Shown here: in pieces, positions 11,308-22,791 of the stretch
How the letters are laid out: every line of letters starts with the position of its first letter
How positions within the stretch are numbered: position 1 is the stretch's first letter
NCBI GenBank assembly: GCA_963760485.1
Contig: CAVXDP010000008.1
Location: 17,209-81,208 of the forward strand
Reading direction: 5' to 3'
From: Candidatus Bathyarchaeota archaeon
GTDB lineage: Archaea; Thermoproteota; Bathyarchaeia; 40CM-2-53-6; CAVXDP01
Length of the DNA stretch: 64,000 bases
The notes under the pieces: model-generated
Told to the model about the DNA's origin: nothing
What the model saw: the letters and a program-made list of their open reading frames with translations, nothing else
Databases searched by the model: none
Made by a program: the position numbers and the translations under genes

Positions 11308-12111
11308 GTGATGACTCAGGTGACCGTCAACGCCCAGAGGGAACAGTACGTTATGAAACCAAAGCTGTCCGTTGAAGAGTTGACCGCGGGCTTTGGAAGG
11401 AAGATTGTGTTGGAAGATATTTCGATTATTTTCAAGGAGAACGCCGTCACAGCCATAATTGGTCCCTCCGGGTGCGGAAAATCAACACTTATCCGGTGTT
11501 TGAACAGAATGCACGAGGTAACGCCCAGTGCTTGGGCTAAAGGTCGTGTGCTTCTGGACGGCAAGGATGTCTACGTGTCTACTGTTGATCCAGTTAGTGT
11601 GCGTCGAAGAGTTGGGATGGTGTTTCAGCGACCCAACCCATTTCCCACAATGTCAATCTCCGATAATGTCGCCGCAGGCCTAAGACTCAACGGAGTAAAA
11701 GACCGCAAACTGATTTCTGAGAAGGTTGAGGAGAACCTCAGAAAGGCGTTCCTGTGGGATGAGATTGGAGACCGACTCAAGGAATCTGGCTCCAGTCTTT
11801 CGGGAGGTCAGCAGCAGAGACTATGTATCGCACGCGCTCTAGCTATCGAACCCGAGATAGTACTGATGGACGAGCCATGCTCTGCACTAGATCCCGTGGC
11901 CAGTGCAAAGATTGAGCAACTCATTACAAAACTCAAAGAGAACTACACAGTCATCATTGTCACTCATAACATGCAGCAGGCCGCCAGAATATCCGACATG
12001 ACAGGGCTCCTGTACTTGGGGAAGCTAATTGAATATGGGCTGACTCGCCAGATATTTTCGAACCCAATTAACGAGCTTACCGAGCGATACATCAGCGGAA
12101 AGTTTGGTTAG
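11308..12111 (+). CDS. pstB: Phosphate ABC transporter ATPase PstB
   Basis: [55 protein letters not shown]. Confidence 0.96.
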   Translation: MMTQVTVNAQREQYVMKPKLSVEELTAGFGRKIVLEDISIIFKENAVTAIIGPSGCGKSTLIRCLNRMHEVTPSAWAKGRVLLDGKDVYVSTVDPVSVRRRVGMVFQRPNPFPTMSISDNVAAGLRLNGVKDRKLISEKVEENLRKAFLWDEIGDRLKESGSSLSGGQQQRLCIARALAIEPEIVLMDEPCSALDPVASAKIEQLITKLKENYTVIIVTHNMQQAARISDMTGLLYLGKLIEYGLTRQIFSNPINELTERYISGKFG

Positions 12112-12121
12112 GCGAAACAGA

Positions 12122-12757
12122 ATGTCAAGACTAGTTGATACCGGGTTAAATGAATTATCAAGTATTATTTCTGAAATGGCCGAACTGGCCGAGAGGACTG
12201 TAGACGCTTCAATCCGTGCCTATCTGGAAGGTGCAACAATCGACATTCAGATAAGAGCTTGGTCAGATGCACTCAGATCTCTCCACGACAGTCTAGAAGA
12301 GAAGGCAGTAGACCTTATCGCAAGATATCAACCAGTAGCAACAGACCTTAGGATGATCAAGTCAAGCATGAAGATCGCCTACGATCTGTCAAGGTTCGGT
12401 CGATACGCTCTGGACATATCGACTGTCCTGGGGACACTGAACGCCCGCGCTGAACCAGCAGACGAAACCGTGAAGAAATTGGGAAAAAAGACGGTCGAGG
12501 CGCTCCACATTGGCATGCAGATATTCAGAACTCGTAATTTCGAGCTTATGGGTAAGCTTGCAGACTTAGAAAACGAGATAGACGAACTCTATCGAACTTA
12601 CCTGCGTAACATGGTTGAGAAACCTCCAAAGAACAATCAGATTCTAATATCGAATGTCTTGGTCTCTCGGCACTTGGAGAGAATAACTGATCATGCATGC
12701 TACATTGCCGAGGAGACTTACTACATGGTGCATGGGCGAACAATGTACCTACGATGA
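12122..12757 (+). CDS. phoU: PhoU-family phosphate signalling protein
   Basis: IARYQPVATDLR, EIDELY, HLERITDHACYIAE. Confidence 0.9.
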   Translation: MSRLVDTGLNELSSIISEMAELAERTVDASIRAYLEGATIDIQIRAWSDALRSLHDSLEEKAVDLIARYQPVATDLRMIKSSMKIAYDLSRFGRYALDISTVLGTLNARAEPADETVKKLGKKTVEALHIGMQIFRTRNFELMGKLADLENEIDELYRTYLRNMVEKPPKNNQILISNVLVSRHLERITDHACYIAEETYYMVHGRTMYLR

Positions 12758-12927
12758 AGATTCAGGCAGATCCTAGCTTCCCTTTGTATGTCCATCGCAT
12801 ACTTTCCTAACCCTTTGAGTTCCTACCAGTTGGCCAGCGTGGCGCAATGATATGGGAAAGTTTCTTCTTGTATAGAGTACATTAATCCCAGACCGTGTAC
12901 AATCTGCGTTGGGTGTGATGTGAGGGC

Positions 12928-14544
12928 TTGCTGGGATATCTCGATAAACTATCGTCTAATCGCCACATTACATCCGTAATTTACATCGCGTCCGTGGCGT
13001 TCTTTCTAAGCATAGTCTTCCTACCTCCACTTCTAGGCATCCTAATGAAATGGGCTTCGATATTCCAGATATTCGAGCAACCTGTCCTTCTTGCGCGCGC
13101 TCAGTCTGCGATAGTCGCCTCGTTTGCCATCGCATTGGGCGTATCTGCTCTAGACATAGTTGCAGGTCTCCCGTTGGCGTGGATTGTTGCTAGGCAATCG
13201 ACGAAAAAATACGTTCATATCATCGACACTATGGCTGATATTCCGTTTGTTATTCCGACAGTCGCTTTGGGTTACTCGGTCCTTCTGTTTTGGAGCAAAC
13301 AAGGAATATCGGCGTTTACCGATCAAGTGCTTATTGGCCCTGGTTGGATGCTGATTGCAGTTCTACACTTTGCATTCTCATATCCAGTTGTCGTTAGGGT
13401 AATGGTGGGGGCACTTCAAGATTATGAGCGTACGCTCGAGATCGCGGCGAGAACACTAGGAGCATCACCACTTACCGCCATCAGGACGGTGTCACTGTCG
13501 GTTCTAAAACCATCTCTGGTATCATCTTTCATCTTGGCATTTGCACGATCTCTTTCTGAGACTGGTGCAACCGTGATGGTGGCTGGAACGTTCGAGAATG
13601 GCACGGTCTTTATCAAGAATGCCTCAGATGCTGGCCTTGTTAGCCCCCTCGTCTTTGTGAGTTTCGTCTTGATAGTAACTTCAACTTCGATCTTCCTTAC
13701 TATTCAGCTTCTAGGACCCAAACTCAGAATTCCGATCACGAGAGTTTGGCCGAATTTTGAAAAGTTGCTCAGCACAAACAAGGTTGTGCGATCTCGCGAT
13801 CTTCTTACATTCATCGTGTTTTTCTTCTTTATCATTATTCCTTCACTCTTTGTAGCTTTGCCGGGGACGAGGGCATTGTCTGATGGAACCTTGGGGCAAG
13901 CCCTCAATGGGTCTGGAGTGTGGTCGGGGTATTGGCAGGCAATGGGTCTCTCATACCTGATTGCATTCTTGGCAACTCTTCTCAACGTTCTCACGGGGTT
14001 GCCAATGTCGATCCTAATTGCACGAAAAAGAGTTGGAAGCGTTGAATCGACAATTCTGGATACCGCGGTGAACGTTCCCATAATTGTTCCGTCGATTGCA
14101 TTAGGGGTCTCCCTTAGCCTGTTCTGGAGCGGTCTCGCAATCCCTGAATTCTGGATTCTTGTTCTTTGTCACACCACGGTCACTTACACGTATTTTGTGC
14201 GTTCAATGGTGTCAGCGCTTCAGAGGTCCTCGCCTGAGCTCGAAGAAGTAGCTCGAACCCTAGGCGGTAAGCCTTTGACTGTATTTAGAAAAGTCACGAT
14301 GTCGCTGACGAAATATTCGATGATCTCAGGAATGATAATGGCTTTCACGAGGAGCATCGATGAGACTGGGGCGACACTGGCCGTTTCGAAGCAACTTAAA
14401 ACAGTGCCAGTTCTTCTCGTAGGATGGGTAAAGGGTACGACCCAAGTGTCATCGTCTACGATGGGATTAGGCGTAGGTATCCTCATACTGACTTCATTCG
14501 TATCTCTACTCGCGTTCAAACTCATCTCTAGGAGGGCACACTAG
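12928..14544 (+). CDS. ABC transporter permease with two fused TM domains (FbpB/ThiP/CysTW-like)
   Basis: Two EAA loops (EIAARTLGAS, EEVARTLGG), two 'P.VIP.VALG' and 'F.RS..ETGAT' motifs. Confidence 0.88.
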   Translation: MLGYLDKLSSNRHITSVIYIASVAFFLSIVFLPPLLGILMKWASIFQIFEQPVLLARAQSAIVASFAIALGVSALDIVAGLPLAWIVARQSTKKYVHIIDTMADIPFVIPTVALGYSVLLFWSKQGISAFTDQVLIGPGWMLIAVLHFAFSYPVVVRVMVGALQDYERTLEIAARTLGASPLTAIRTVSLSVLKPSLVSSFILAFARSLSETGATVMVAGTFENGTVFIKNASDAGLVSPLVFVSFVLIVTSTSIFLTIQLLGPKLRIPITRVWPNFEKLLSTNKVVRSRDLLTFIVFFFFIIIPSLFVALPGTRALSDGTLGQALNGSGVWSGYWQAMGLSYLIAFLATLLNVLTGLPMSILIARKRVGSVESTILDTAVNVPIIVPSIALGVSLSLFWSGLAIPEFWILVLCHTTVTYTYFVRSMVSALQRSSPELEEVARTLGGKPLTVFRKVTMSLTKYSMISGMIMAFTRSIDETGATLAVSKQLKTVPVLLVGWVKGTTQVSSSTMGLGVGILILTSFVSLLAFKLISRRAH

Positions 14545-14547
14545 GCC

Positions 14548-15663
14548 TTGCCTTCCATTCAGATGACTAACGTGACCAAACGCTTCAAAGATATTGTGGC
14601 ACTTGATCGTGTGTCCCTCAACATTAGGAATGGAGAATACGTCTGTATCCTAGGTCCAACAGGAAGCGGAAAGACTACACTGCTGCGCCTCATCGCCGGT
14701 CTAGTATCACCTGACAGTGGTAAGCTGTCGATCGACGAAAGATCTGTGGATACTTTGGCACCCGAGGACCGAGGCGTAGCCTATGTCCCACAGCAATATG
14801 CACTCTTTCCACATCTAACCGTTCTCGAAAATGTAGCTTTCTCGCCACTGGCAAGAGGACGCAGAAGAGCCGAGGCGTATGAGACCGCGCGAAAAGTACT
14901 TCGAATGGTAAGACTCGCGGAAAGAGAGACCGCTTTCCCTAATGAACTCAGTGGGGGAATGCAGCAGCGCGTGGCTCTTGCACGGGGAATCGCCTCCGGG
15001 GCGAGTTTACTTCTTCTTGACGAGCCGCTCGGTGCACTGGACGCTCGCCTACGAATGGAGTTAAGAATCGAACTCAGAAAAATGATGAAGAATCTCAACC
15101 TGACAGTTGTTCACGTGACGCACGACCAAGAAGAAGCGATGACAATTGCCGATACTATCGTGGTCCTCAAAGACGGCAGCATCCAACAGATCGGATCGTC
15201 ATTCCACATATACCAAGATCCAGCATCAATCTTCGTGGCGAACTTCGTCGGGGGATCGAACTTCCTTAGTGGAATCGTTGGCAAGACGGAACATGCCACG
15301 TCGATAGTTGAACTCAACGAAGGGATCCGAATTCGGGTCGCCGATAGATCGTACCGCCGCGGGGAACCCGTGGTCGTAGCAATTAGACGAGAAGCAACAA
15401 CACTCACGAGCCACGCCAATGCAAATGAGAACAGCATTCCTGCACGAGTCGAGAACATCAGTTTCCTCGGGTCCTTCATCGAGTATAGTGTCTTGCTCGA
15501 CAACAGGGAAACTGTCAGGTCGAAGATCCCAGCATCTCTAGTCGCCGAGGGTCGGCTTCCATTTCAAATCGATGATAGAGTGTTCGTGGTCATGAACCCA
15601 GAGGATTGCCGACTCTTTTCTTCACCTCCACTCGGCCTATCAAACGAATTGGAGGCTATCTAA
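14548..15663 (+). CDS. ABC transporter ATP-binding protein (PotA/CysA/MalK class) 1
   Basis: GPTGSGKT, YALFPHL, LSGGMQQR, LLLDEPL, VTHDQEEA, C-terminal TOBE. Confidence 0.93.
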   Translation: MPSIQMTNVTKRFKDIVALDRVSLNIRNGEYVCILGPTGSGKTTLLRLIAGLVSPDSGKLSIDERSVDTLAPEDRGVAYVPQQYALFPHLTVLENVAFSPLARGRRRAEAYETARKVLRMVRLAERETAFPNELSGGMQQRVALARGIASGASLLLLDEPLGALDARLRMELRIELRKMMKNLNLTVVHVTHDQEEAMTIADTIVVLKDGSIQQIGSSFHIYQDPASIFVANFVGGSNFLSGIVGKTEHATSIVELNEGIRIRVADRSYRRGEPVVVAIRREATTLTSHANANENSIPARVENISFLGSFIEYSVLLDNRETVRSKIPASLVAEGRLPFQIDDRVFVVMNPEDCRLFSSPPLGLSNELEAI

Positions 15664-16761
15664 TTGCCACAGGTCAAAGTAGAAGGTGTCAGTAAGTACT
15701 ATCCGGGGCTAACCGCGCTGGACCACGTGTCACTCGACGTATACGATGGCGAATATGTTTCCATCATAGGCCCCAGCGGATGCGGCAAGACAACCCTTCT
15801 CAGATGCATCGCCGGAATAATCGAATCGGACGGTGGGGAAATCTTGGTTGACGATCACTCTTTGATAGGGGTCCCCCCTGAAGAAAGGAACCTTGGGTAC
15901 GTCTTTCAGGAGTACGCCCTTTTCCCACACATGAATGCAGTGGAGAATGCTAGCTACGGACCTCGTGTTCGAGGTTTCTCAAATCGTCGAATTAGGAACA
16001 TAGCTAAAGAGACACTGGAGATGGTGAAGCTCAATGAGCGATCGAATGCGCGCCCGAATGAGCTTAGTGGCGGAGCCAAACAGAAACTTGCCTTGGCTCG
16101 TGCAATAGGATCAGCACCATCGTTACTACTGCTAGATGAACCGCTTGGATCGCTGGATGCAAGCGTGAGGCTAAGCCTGCGCTTGGAATTGAGAAGACTC
16201 GCTAAGGAACTCGGGTTGACTACCATCCATGTGACTCACGATCAGGAGGAAGCTATGTCAATCTCTGACAGACTGGTGATCATGAGGTCAGGACGCATAG
16301 TCGAAGTTGGAGAACCACAAAATCTCTACCTTAATCCGAAACAGATTTTTACGGCGAACTTTCTTGGTGAGGCAAATTTCATGAGGGGTATGGTAATTGC
16401 GAGTGGAAACGAGGATACAACCCTTGACATTCAAGGAGAGCGTCTAGAAATACCGAGACGAGAGATCCCGAAAGACGCTCTTGTCGCAATCAGACCACAG
16501 TTTGTGGAAGTCAGCAAGCGAGGGAAAGGATCTGAGGGATGGAGAGGCAGAATAGTCGACAAGAGTTTCCTCGGGGATGCCACACGGTTCGACTTGGAGC
16601 TTTATAATGGTCTAAAGGTGACTGCTCGAACGCCATATGTAGTGAAAGACATTGAATTGGATGTTGGAGACGAAATAATGACAAAGTTTCAAAAGGACAA
16701 GATACTTACCTTTCCGTATCCAATTGACAGCGGTCTAGAGAGTGAACTATCTGCAGGGTAG
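15664..16761 (+). CDS. ABC transporter ATP-binding protein (PotA/CysA/MalK class) 2
   Basis: GPSGCGKT, YALFPHM, LSGGAKQK, LLLDEPL, VTHDQEEA. Confidence 0.93.
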   Translation: MPQVKVEGVSKYYPGLTALDHVSLDVYDGEYVSIIGPSGCGKTTLLRCIAGIIESDGGEILVDDHSLIGVPPEERNLGYVFQEYALFPHMNAVENASYGPRVRGFSNRRIRNIAKETLEMVKLNERSNARPNELSGGAKQKLALARAIGSAPSLLLLDEPLGSLDASVRLSLRLELRRLAKELGLTTIHVTHDQEEAMSISDRLVIMRSGRIVEVGEPQNLYLNPKQIFTANFLGEANFMRGMVIASGNEDTTLDIQGERLEIPRREIPKDALVAIRPQFVEVSKRGKGSEGWRGRIVDKSFLGDATRFDLELYNGLKVTARTPYVVKDIELDVGDEIMTKFQKDKILTFPYPIDSGLESELSAG

Positions 16762-16764
16762 TGA

Positions 16765-17454
16765 TTGCTGAATATGTCAGACAAATTTGAGAGCTGGTTT
16801 CTTGCGCGGCGAAGAATCAAAGCCATCGAGATGATTGAGCGCCAATCCATGATAATGCTTCAATGCGTCGATGAGTTAACCAGATGTATTGAAGCTGCTT
16901 CAGGAGGTAAAAATGCCGAAGCTGAAGCCTCTGCGAAGAGACTCGACGATAAAGAGCATGAGGGAGACGTCCTTAGGAAGTCAATAATAATGGAACTAGC
17001 CAAAGCGAATCTTCCAACATATGAGAGAACCAGCCTCATGCGTCTAGTAAGGCAAATTGACTGGATATCGGATTGGGCGCTTGAGTCAACGAATATACTG
17101 ATGCAGTTTCCATTTTCCCGCCTGCCAGAGACGCTTCGTACACTGGTAATGAGAATGTCAAAGGTCGTGAAGGATTGTGCAGTAAATGTGGCAGACTGCA
17201 TAGACAAACTCACTAGAAAGCAGATTCAAGCCTGTCTAGATGCAGCGGATCGCGTTGAGAGATTTGAAGAGGAAGTTGACGATCTACATCGCACCGCTAG
17301 GGGCGAAGTGAACAAACTCAATGACCCAAATCTCGGGATGGGATCAATAGTCCTTTTGGCCCAATTCCTAGAGGCCCTCGAAAACGTATCTGATCGATGC
17401 GAGGATGCATGTGATCAGGCTAGAGTCATAGCTGTTCTTCATTCACAAATTTAG
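16765..17454 (+). CDS. DUF47 / TIGR00153-type PhoU-like phosphate transport regulator
   Basis: Helical repeats EHEGD.LR...ID.ISD and EEEVDDL...LENVSDRCEDACD. Confidence 0.85.
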   Translation: MLNMSDKFESWFLARRRIKAIEMIERQSMIMLQCVDELTRCIEAASGGKNAEAEASAKRLDDKEHEGDVLRKSIIMELAKANLPTYERTSLMRLVRQIDWISDWALESTNILMQFPFSRLPETLRTLVMRMSKVVKDCAVNVADCIDKLTRKQIQACLDAADRVERFEEEVDDLHRTARGEVNKLNDPNLGMGSIVLLAQFLEALENVSDRCEDACDQARVIAVLHSQI

Positions 17455-17545
17455 ACACTGAGGCACTTCAAGCTCGAGATTGGCCACTAGATGCACTAAT
17501 GGCGTTTACAGTTCAGAAACTCGATCATGGAAACAGGACGATAAA

Positions 17546-17833
17546 CTAGTCTTTTATTGCTTCCAGGATGCTTGCAACGCTCCAGAGCTTGACTCTAGTA
17601 TACTGAGGCATATTGGGGTCTTGCGAGATCTCTTCGAGGGTGGCTATAGCGTTGGACGCTCTAACTCCAATACTGTACTGAGTGACTTGCAGCGCATCCA
17701 TGGCTTCTTTCGCGGATCTTCTTATGTTTCTCGGCGTAGTGCTGTCTTGGGACACTTCGCCCAAGACTGCGAGAGCCTGTTGGACTCTCGACTCATAGTC
17801 CGCTCTTCTCTTCGACGTCTTGGAACCAGACAT
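17546..17833 (-). CDS. UPF0147 family protein
   Basis: D.TTPRNIRRSA...LEEISQDPNMPQYTR motif. Confidence 0.88.
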   Translation of the reverse strand: MSGSKTSKRRADYESRVQQALAVLGEVSQDSTTPRNIRRSAKEAMDALQVTQYSIGVRASNAIATLEEISQDPNMPQYTRVKLWSVASILEAIKD

Positions 17834-17919
17834 TGGAGATCACCGCTCAATGAAACCACAGAATAGGATCAGGGTTATTAGACCCCCCCTAAAATATCTT
17901 TCTTGTTGAGGGCCGAAAG

Positions 17920-18267
17920 TTGAGTGACGAAATCAAGCGCATGGCCGACCTCCTCAAATCAGGCGCAAGCATGCTCTCGGAAATGTGTCCTCAATGTAAG
18001 AGTCCACTATTCAGGATCAAGGACGACCTCTTTTGCGTGAAATGCAACCGCCCTGTCGTAGTAGTCAAGGCGACTGAGGACGAAAATGGCGTGATCGCAG
18101 CCCAAGCCCTTGGAAACCTTGAGCGAACAGCCTTGATGAAGATCGATGAGATCAACTCCCTATTGAAGGTTGAGAAGGATTCTGAAAAAATCGAGAAACT
18201 ACGACTTTCATCATCGGATTGGCTGACCATTGTTGAGAGGGTCAGAAGACTGAAAGGCTTGTCATGA
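17920..18267 (+). CDS. UPF0148 / SSSCA1-like Zn-ribbon protein
   Basis: MADLLKSGASMLSEMCPQCKSPLF...FCVKC. Confidence 0.85.
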   Translation: MSDEIKRMADLLKSGASMLSEMCPQCKSPLFRIKDDLFCVKCNRPVVVVKATEDENGVIAAQALGNLERTALMKIDEINSLLKVEKDSEKIEKLRLSSSDWLTIVERVRRLKGLS

Positions 18268-19020
18268 ACTCTTTTCCTCATACCTCATCGTAACGACCTC
18301 TCTAATTCTCTGAGACTTCTTTCTTCCTATTCCGTCAACATTCTGCAGTTCCTTCTCGGAGGCAGAGAATACTCTTTCAATAGTTCGAAACTTGTTCAAT
18401 AGTCGCTTCGCCAAAACCCTCTCAACATGGGGTAGGCCTGCGACAATATACTCCTGCGCATCATGAATGCTGAGCGGTTTCTTCTCTGACCTGATCTGTG
18501 GCAGTCGCTTCTCGATTAGTTGCTCCCTTCTAGCCATCGAAAAAATCAGCAAAGCCGTCTCAGACGCGTTTCTTGTCCAGATAATCGGGACCTCGTAGTC
18601 GATCAGAAGACTCGAGACGGCACCCATTACTGCCTGCGGTCGGATGTTCCTTCGCGTATAAAGCGTGCTTCCCTCTATTAGGAAGAATGGTTTTTCGTAG
18701 GAATTCTTCAGGCCGATCGCTTGGCTGAATAACCTCCCATCTATGATCGATGAAGAAAAGTCATGTGCAGTCTTCCGTTCGATCGCAACTCTCTCAGACA
18801 AGAGAAAGTCACCCACCTCAAGTCTTCTGAGGTCAAGCCTCACGTCGTATTGCATCAGCTCCTTCATGGCCTGGGAGCCTGACTCCCTAGTGTCAGCTAT
18901 GATAACGATCTTTCGCTGATGAGAATCGCCTCCAACCCCAGGGGCTTTCACGTATGCATCAAGATTCGGTACCATCTGTTTTTTCCCGAAAGTTAACTTG
19001 TCTTTCAAAGACCCGTTCAT
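18262..19020 (-). CDS. xpf: ERCC4-domain structure-specific endonuclease (short XPF, no helicase domain)
   Basis: DTRE, GDF, ERKT..DF..SIIDGRL..Q, C-terminal (HhH)2. Confidence 0.9.
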   Translation of the reverse strand: MNGSLKDKLTFGKKQMVPNLDAYVKAPGVGGDSHQRKIVIIADTRESGSQAMKELMQYDVRLDLRRLEVGDFLLSERVAIERKTAHDFSSSIIDGRLFSQAIGLKNSYEKPFFLIEGSTLYTRRNIRPQAVMGAVSSLLIDYEVPIIWTRNASETALLIFSMARREQLIEKRLPQIRSEKKPLSIHDAQEYIVAGLPHVERVLAKRLLNKFRTIERVFSASEKELQNVDGIGRKKSQRIREVVTMRYEEKSS

Positions 19021-19227
19021 GTATCAATCTCCAACAAATATACCCGCAAATTCTACAATCGTTCTACCGACATCGAGCTACTTAGTCTCCTCTCGATCGC
19101 TTGATAGTGATGAAAAGGGTTTCCAAACAAGCCTGAGGGCAACCCTTAATGATTGTAAGACATCAGAACTTGAATATTAGATGGTTGCTGCATATTTGCG
19201 ATATACCCAGATCGAGGATTTGGTAAT

Positions 19228-19857
19228 TTGGCCACGTCGGACGATTGGAATGAGCCGAAGCTAGTCTATAGAAGAGGCCGCAGGCCCAAGGGCCTCAAGC
19301 CTGTCAGTAGACGACCAGACAGATCGAGGTTTCAATACAGAACCTTTCCGCAGAGAATTCACGGAAGGGCAGTTCTGAATTACAGCACCGAAAACGCAGC
19401 AATCCAGAAGATTCTGATCAAGATATTGAAGGAATTCAACAAATTGCGGCTCGACACCTCAATCAGTGTGGCGGACCGGGAAGGATACTTGGACGGTTGG
19501 ATCGCCTTTGAAGTCGGAATTGCGAATAACAATTACTTCAGTTACCTGGACGGTCTCGAGGAGCGGCTAGTAAATGATATCATTACCAAGCAAGGCACAT
19601 TGCCTATTGTCGATTTCATGATAGTAGCGAGGTACTTAGTTAATGACCGTCAGAGACACCCTATCAGGACTGATAGCTACTTGCTTCGTTTCATAGCATC
19701 CCAGGAGTATACCATGGAAGCCTATCTTTCTCATTTGAAAGGAATAAGGCGGGTGAACCCGGACGAATTGATAATGATGATAGCGAAGGAATTGGATCGT
19801 CAATCAAAAGCTAGTTATGACATGGGTGTGAAGATCGAGTTACTTAGAACAGCGTAA
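19228..19857 (+). CDS. Hypothetical protein
   Basis: 209-aa ORF with plausible composition filling the gap between genes; no motif recognised. Confidence 0.65.
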   Translation: MATSDDWNEPKLVYRRGRRPKGLKPVSRRPDRSRFQYRTFPQRIHGRAVLNYSTENAAIQKILIKILKEFNKLRLDTSISVADREGYLDGWIAFEVGIANNNYFSYLDGLEERLVNDIITKQGTLPIVDFMIVARYLVNDRQRHPIRTDSYLLRFIASQEYTMEAYLSHLKGIRRVNPDELIMMIAKELDRQSKASYDMGVKIELLRTA

Positions 19858-19896
19858 TGATTTCAGAAACGCTCGATTTACAAAATGTCCTCGTGA

Positions 19897-20835
19897 TCAC
19901 AAAAAGGGAATAGAGTATCGTCTTCTAAGAATATCGACATGTCTCAGTGAAGCTTCAAATCGATCGCAAGCGTACTTCTCGAAATCGAAGTCTAGTTCAG
20001 AAACGTTTTGCTGGATCATCGCCCATAAAGCCCAGAAGAAGTCGGCAAGGAACTTGTAATAGTCTATCGCACGCTGTGCGACTTTCTTTCCATCTCCAAA
20101 ATACAATTCAAGTATGTGATTCTCATCAGTCTCGGTGAAGATATTCTCATGTTCAATCAAGAAGTTGGCGATTTCAAAGCGGGGGTCATTCATTCCTCCG
20201 AGTTCCCAGTCTATTATGTGTACGATCCCATCAGAGAGGATGAAGTTCTCTGACAAGAGATCATTATGGCACGGGACAAGTGGCACCTGATCTCTTTCAA
20301 GTTCGTCTCGAAGCAACTGTGCTAGGGTGAGAAATTTCTCTGTTGGATAATGATTCATCTTATGGACTCTGAGGCTTCTCAATCGCTTTGCGTAGCGATC
20401 TATCTCCATAAAGACGTTGAAAACTCTACGCAGTTCAACACCACATTCATGAATTCGCTTGACAGAAGCAATGGCGTTTACCCTGACTTCAGGATTACTA
20501 AAATCCTCATTCTCGGCAGTTATTCCAGGTACAAATGAGAAGATCGATATCTTGCTATCTTCTTTGTAATCTATTACTCCTGGAATGACTCCCGTTGGGT
20601 TTGAATTAGCTTCCCATATGAGGCCACTTGGTTCAAGCGCTCTCAAATCTGATATTTCTCCATCTCTGTCTGAGAAGAACTCAGTATTCCTTCCGGGAAT
20701 TCTCACTTTGTAGAGCTTGTCCTGATCTTCGACTAGGTAATTCTTGTTGCTGATTCCACCCCTGAGAGTGCTGATTCTAACAGGTCTCTGCACCCATTCC
20801 TCTCTTAGGTGTCTCACGAAATCTGTGTCGTTCAT
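19897..20835 (-). CDS. Choline/ethanolamine kinase family phosphotransferase
   Basis: GGISNKNY, VRIPG, Brenner motif CHNDLLSENF, IIDWELGGMNDPRFEIAN. Confidence 0.88.
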   Translation of the reverse strand: MNDTDFVRHLREEWVQRPVRISTLRGGISNKNYLVEDQDKLYKVRIPGRNTEFFSDRDGEISDLRALEPSGLIWEANSNPTGVIPGVIDYKEDSKISIFSFVPGITAENEDFSNPEVRVNAIASVKRIHECGVELRRVFNVFMEIDRYAKRLRSLRVHKMNHYPTEKFLTLAQLLRDELERDQVPLVPCHNDLLSENFILSDGIVHIIDWELGGMNDPRFEIANFLIEHENIFTETDENHILELYFGDGKKVAQRAIDYYKFLADFFWALWAMIQQNVSELDFDFEKYACDRFEASLRHVDILRRRYSIPFL

Positions 20836-21136
20836 CTTTTTTCCTCATTTGCTTGCATATGTGATTTCTTTGGATAGTTAGATGTCAAGGGCGTGTTCGG
20901 ATCTCTGCAATCTTGTCGCACTTTGACATCTTCGTTCTTAATTGAGTTTAGTTCGTGACTAATTATGATGGTTTTGGGGTATGTTGTGTAATCGAACATG
21001 TAAATTGTTCTCAGGTCCATATGCACTCGTTGGCTGCACGCTGCCCCATGACACGTTATTCGAATATCAAATAGAGAGCGAGGTCTGTGCCAAGTCATAA
21101 ATATCGACCTCACAGCTTGATTAATTGGGAAAAAAT

Positions 21137-22766
21137 ATGGCATCTGAAGGCACTTTCATAAGGAAAGCAAGTGGCTTAGTCCGCACAGTTCCTCCAATAG
21201 ATGCTTGGATATACAATTGCCTCACAATGGGATGGCTTTCAGTGGCCGCCTATAACTTACCCTTCAACCCGTTTGCTTTTCCTGGTGGAGAGCAGAGTAT
21301 TGCAATACTCATGACCGCGGCGTTTGGCACGTTCATGTGGACGACGTACATGTTCATTGTAAGCGCTCTTCCACGTAGCGGAGTTGACTGGATAGCCCAG
21401 AGCAGATTTCTCAGTCCATGGATTGCGTTCCCTATAGTGATCGGAGACTTTTGGTACTTGATATACTGGGATGTCTGGGCATACTGGTTCGCAACGAACC
21501 TAGGAATGAACCCGTTCTTCGTTACGGCCGGTGTAGCGTGGAACAATCCTGGCCTTCTAGCATTTGGAGAATGGGTGATAACACCAAAGGGCTATTTCAT
21601 CATCGGAATGATCTTTCTGTTTCTCATGGGATGGCAACTATCGCTTCCGATAAAGTTCTTCGCATCGATTCAACGCTGGTTGATGTACACCGCAACAATA
21701 GCCTTGATCGTGTACATACTTATCTTTCTAGGTACGAATCCCACGTCATTTGCGGAGAACTTCAACGGGTTTGCTTCAAAATTCATTTCTGATCCTGACT
21801 ATTACCACACGGTCATCAGCACTGCTGCTGCCAGGCGGTTACAATCCGAATCCCGGGTTCAGTTGGTACGATCAGATAGGATTAATGGCTATGATATGGA
21901 GCCTTCTAGGATGGGCGTTTTGGAGTGCACAGTTGAGCGGAGAGATCAAGAGTGCCGGAAACCTAAGAACTCAGAACTTAGTCATGAATGGTTCAGGGTG
22001 GGCAACAGCATTTGCTTGGCTCGTTGTCTGGCTCGTGTTCTCCAATGCCATCGACCCGACGTTCATAAAGTCCGCCGGCGCAGTTTTCTACACTGGTAAA
22101 TGGGCTCTGCCTCTCTCAAGCATAAACTTGGGCATGTACATCGCCGCGACCGACGCGAAATTGGGATCAGTAGTCATGGTTGCTCTGTTTCTAGTCATGA
22201 TAGGATTGCTCGCCAACGCCTATCAGGTCTACTACAACACAATGGTGGGACCGGTGAGGATGTTTTTCGCAATGGCTTTCGACAGAGGTCTACCGGACAA
22301 ATTCACTATAGTTCACAGCAAATGGCATACGCCCGTGTACGTCATCTGGCTAGCATGTGCATGTGCAGTCATTCAAATTTACATGTCTTCATATATGCCT
22401 AATGTTGCACCGGTATTCCTTCCCGCAGCGCTGTCGAGCGGATGCATCCCATACACATTCACTTCTCTTGCAGGAGCTGTAATGCCATGGAGGGGCAAAG
22501 CCATATACGAAGCGTCGCCTGCTGCCAAATACAAACTAGGTCCAGTTCCTCTGGTCACCATTACGGGGATTGTCAGCGTGATCTTCAACATTGTAATGAT
22601 ATACTACTGGTTAACTGATCCTGCGCTCGGAATCAACCCACAATCAATGATCTTCGTATTCTTCTTCTACATTGTTGGCCTTGTCTGGTACATCTACTGG
22701 CGCTGGCACAGGAAGAGACAGGGAATAGATCTCAGCCTATCGTTCAAACTCGTTCCACCCGACTAA
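21137..22766 (+). CDS. APC-family amino acid/amine permease (frameshift near 21830)
   Basis: FIRKASGLVR start, LPRSG, R..FAMAFDRGLP, C-terminal VPPD; ORFs 21125-22099 and 21750-22766 overlap. Confidence 0.88.
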
Positions 22767-22791
22767 GCCTTTTTCCCTAACCCTTTTTTTT
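22767..22791 (+). terminator. Oligo-T terminator
   Basis: GCCTTTTTCCCTAACCCTTTTTTTT directly after the stop codon. Confidence 0.55.
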
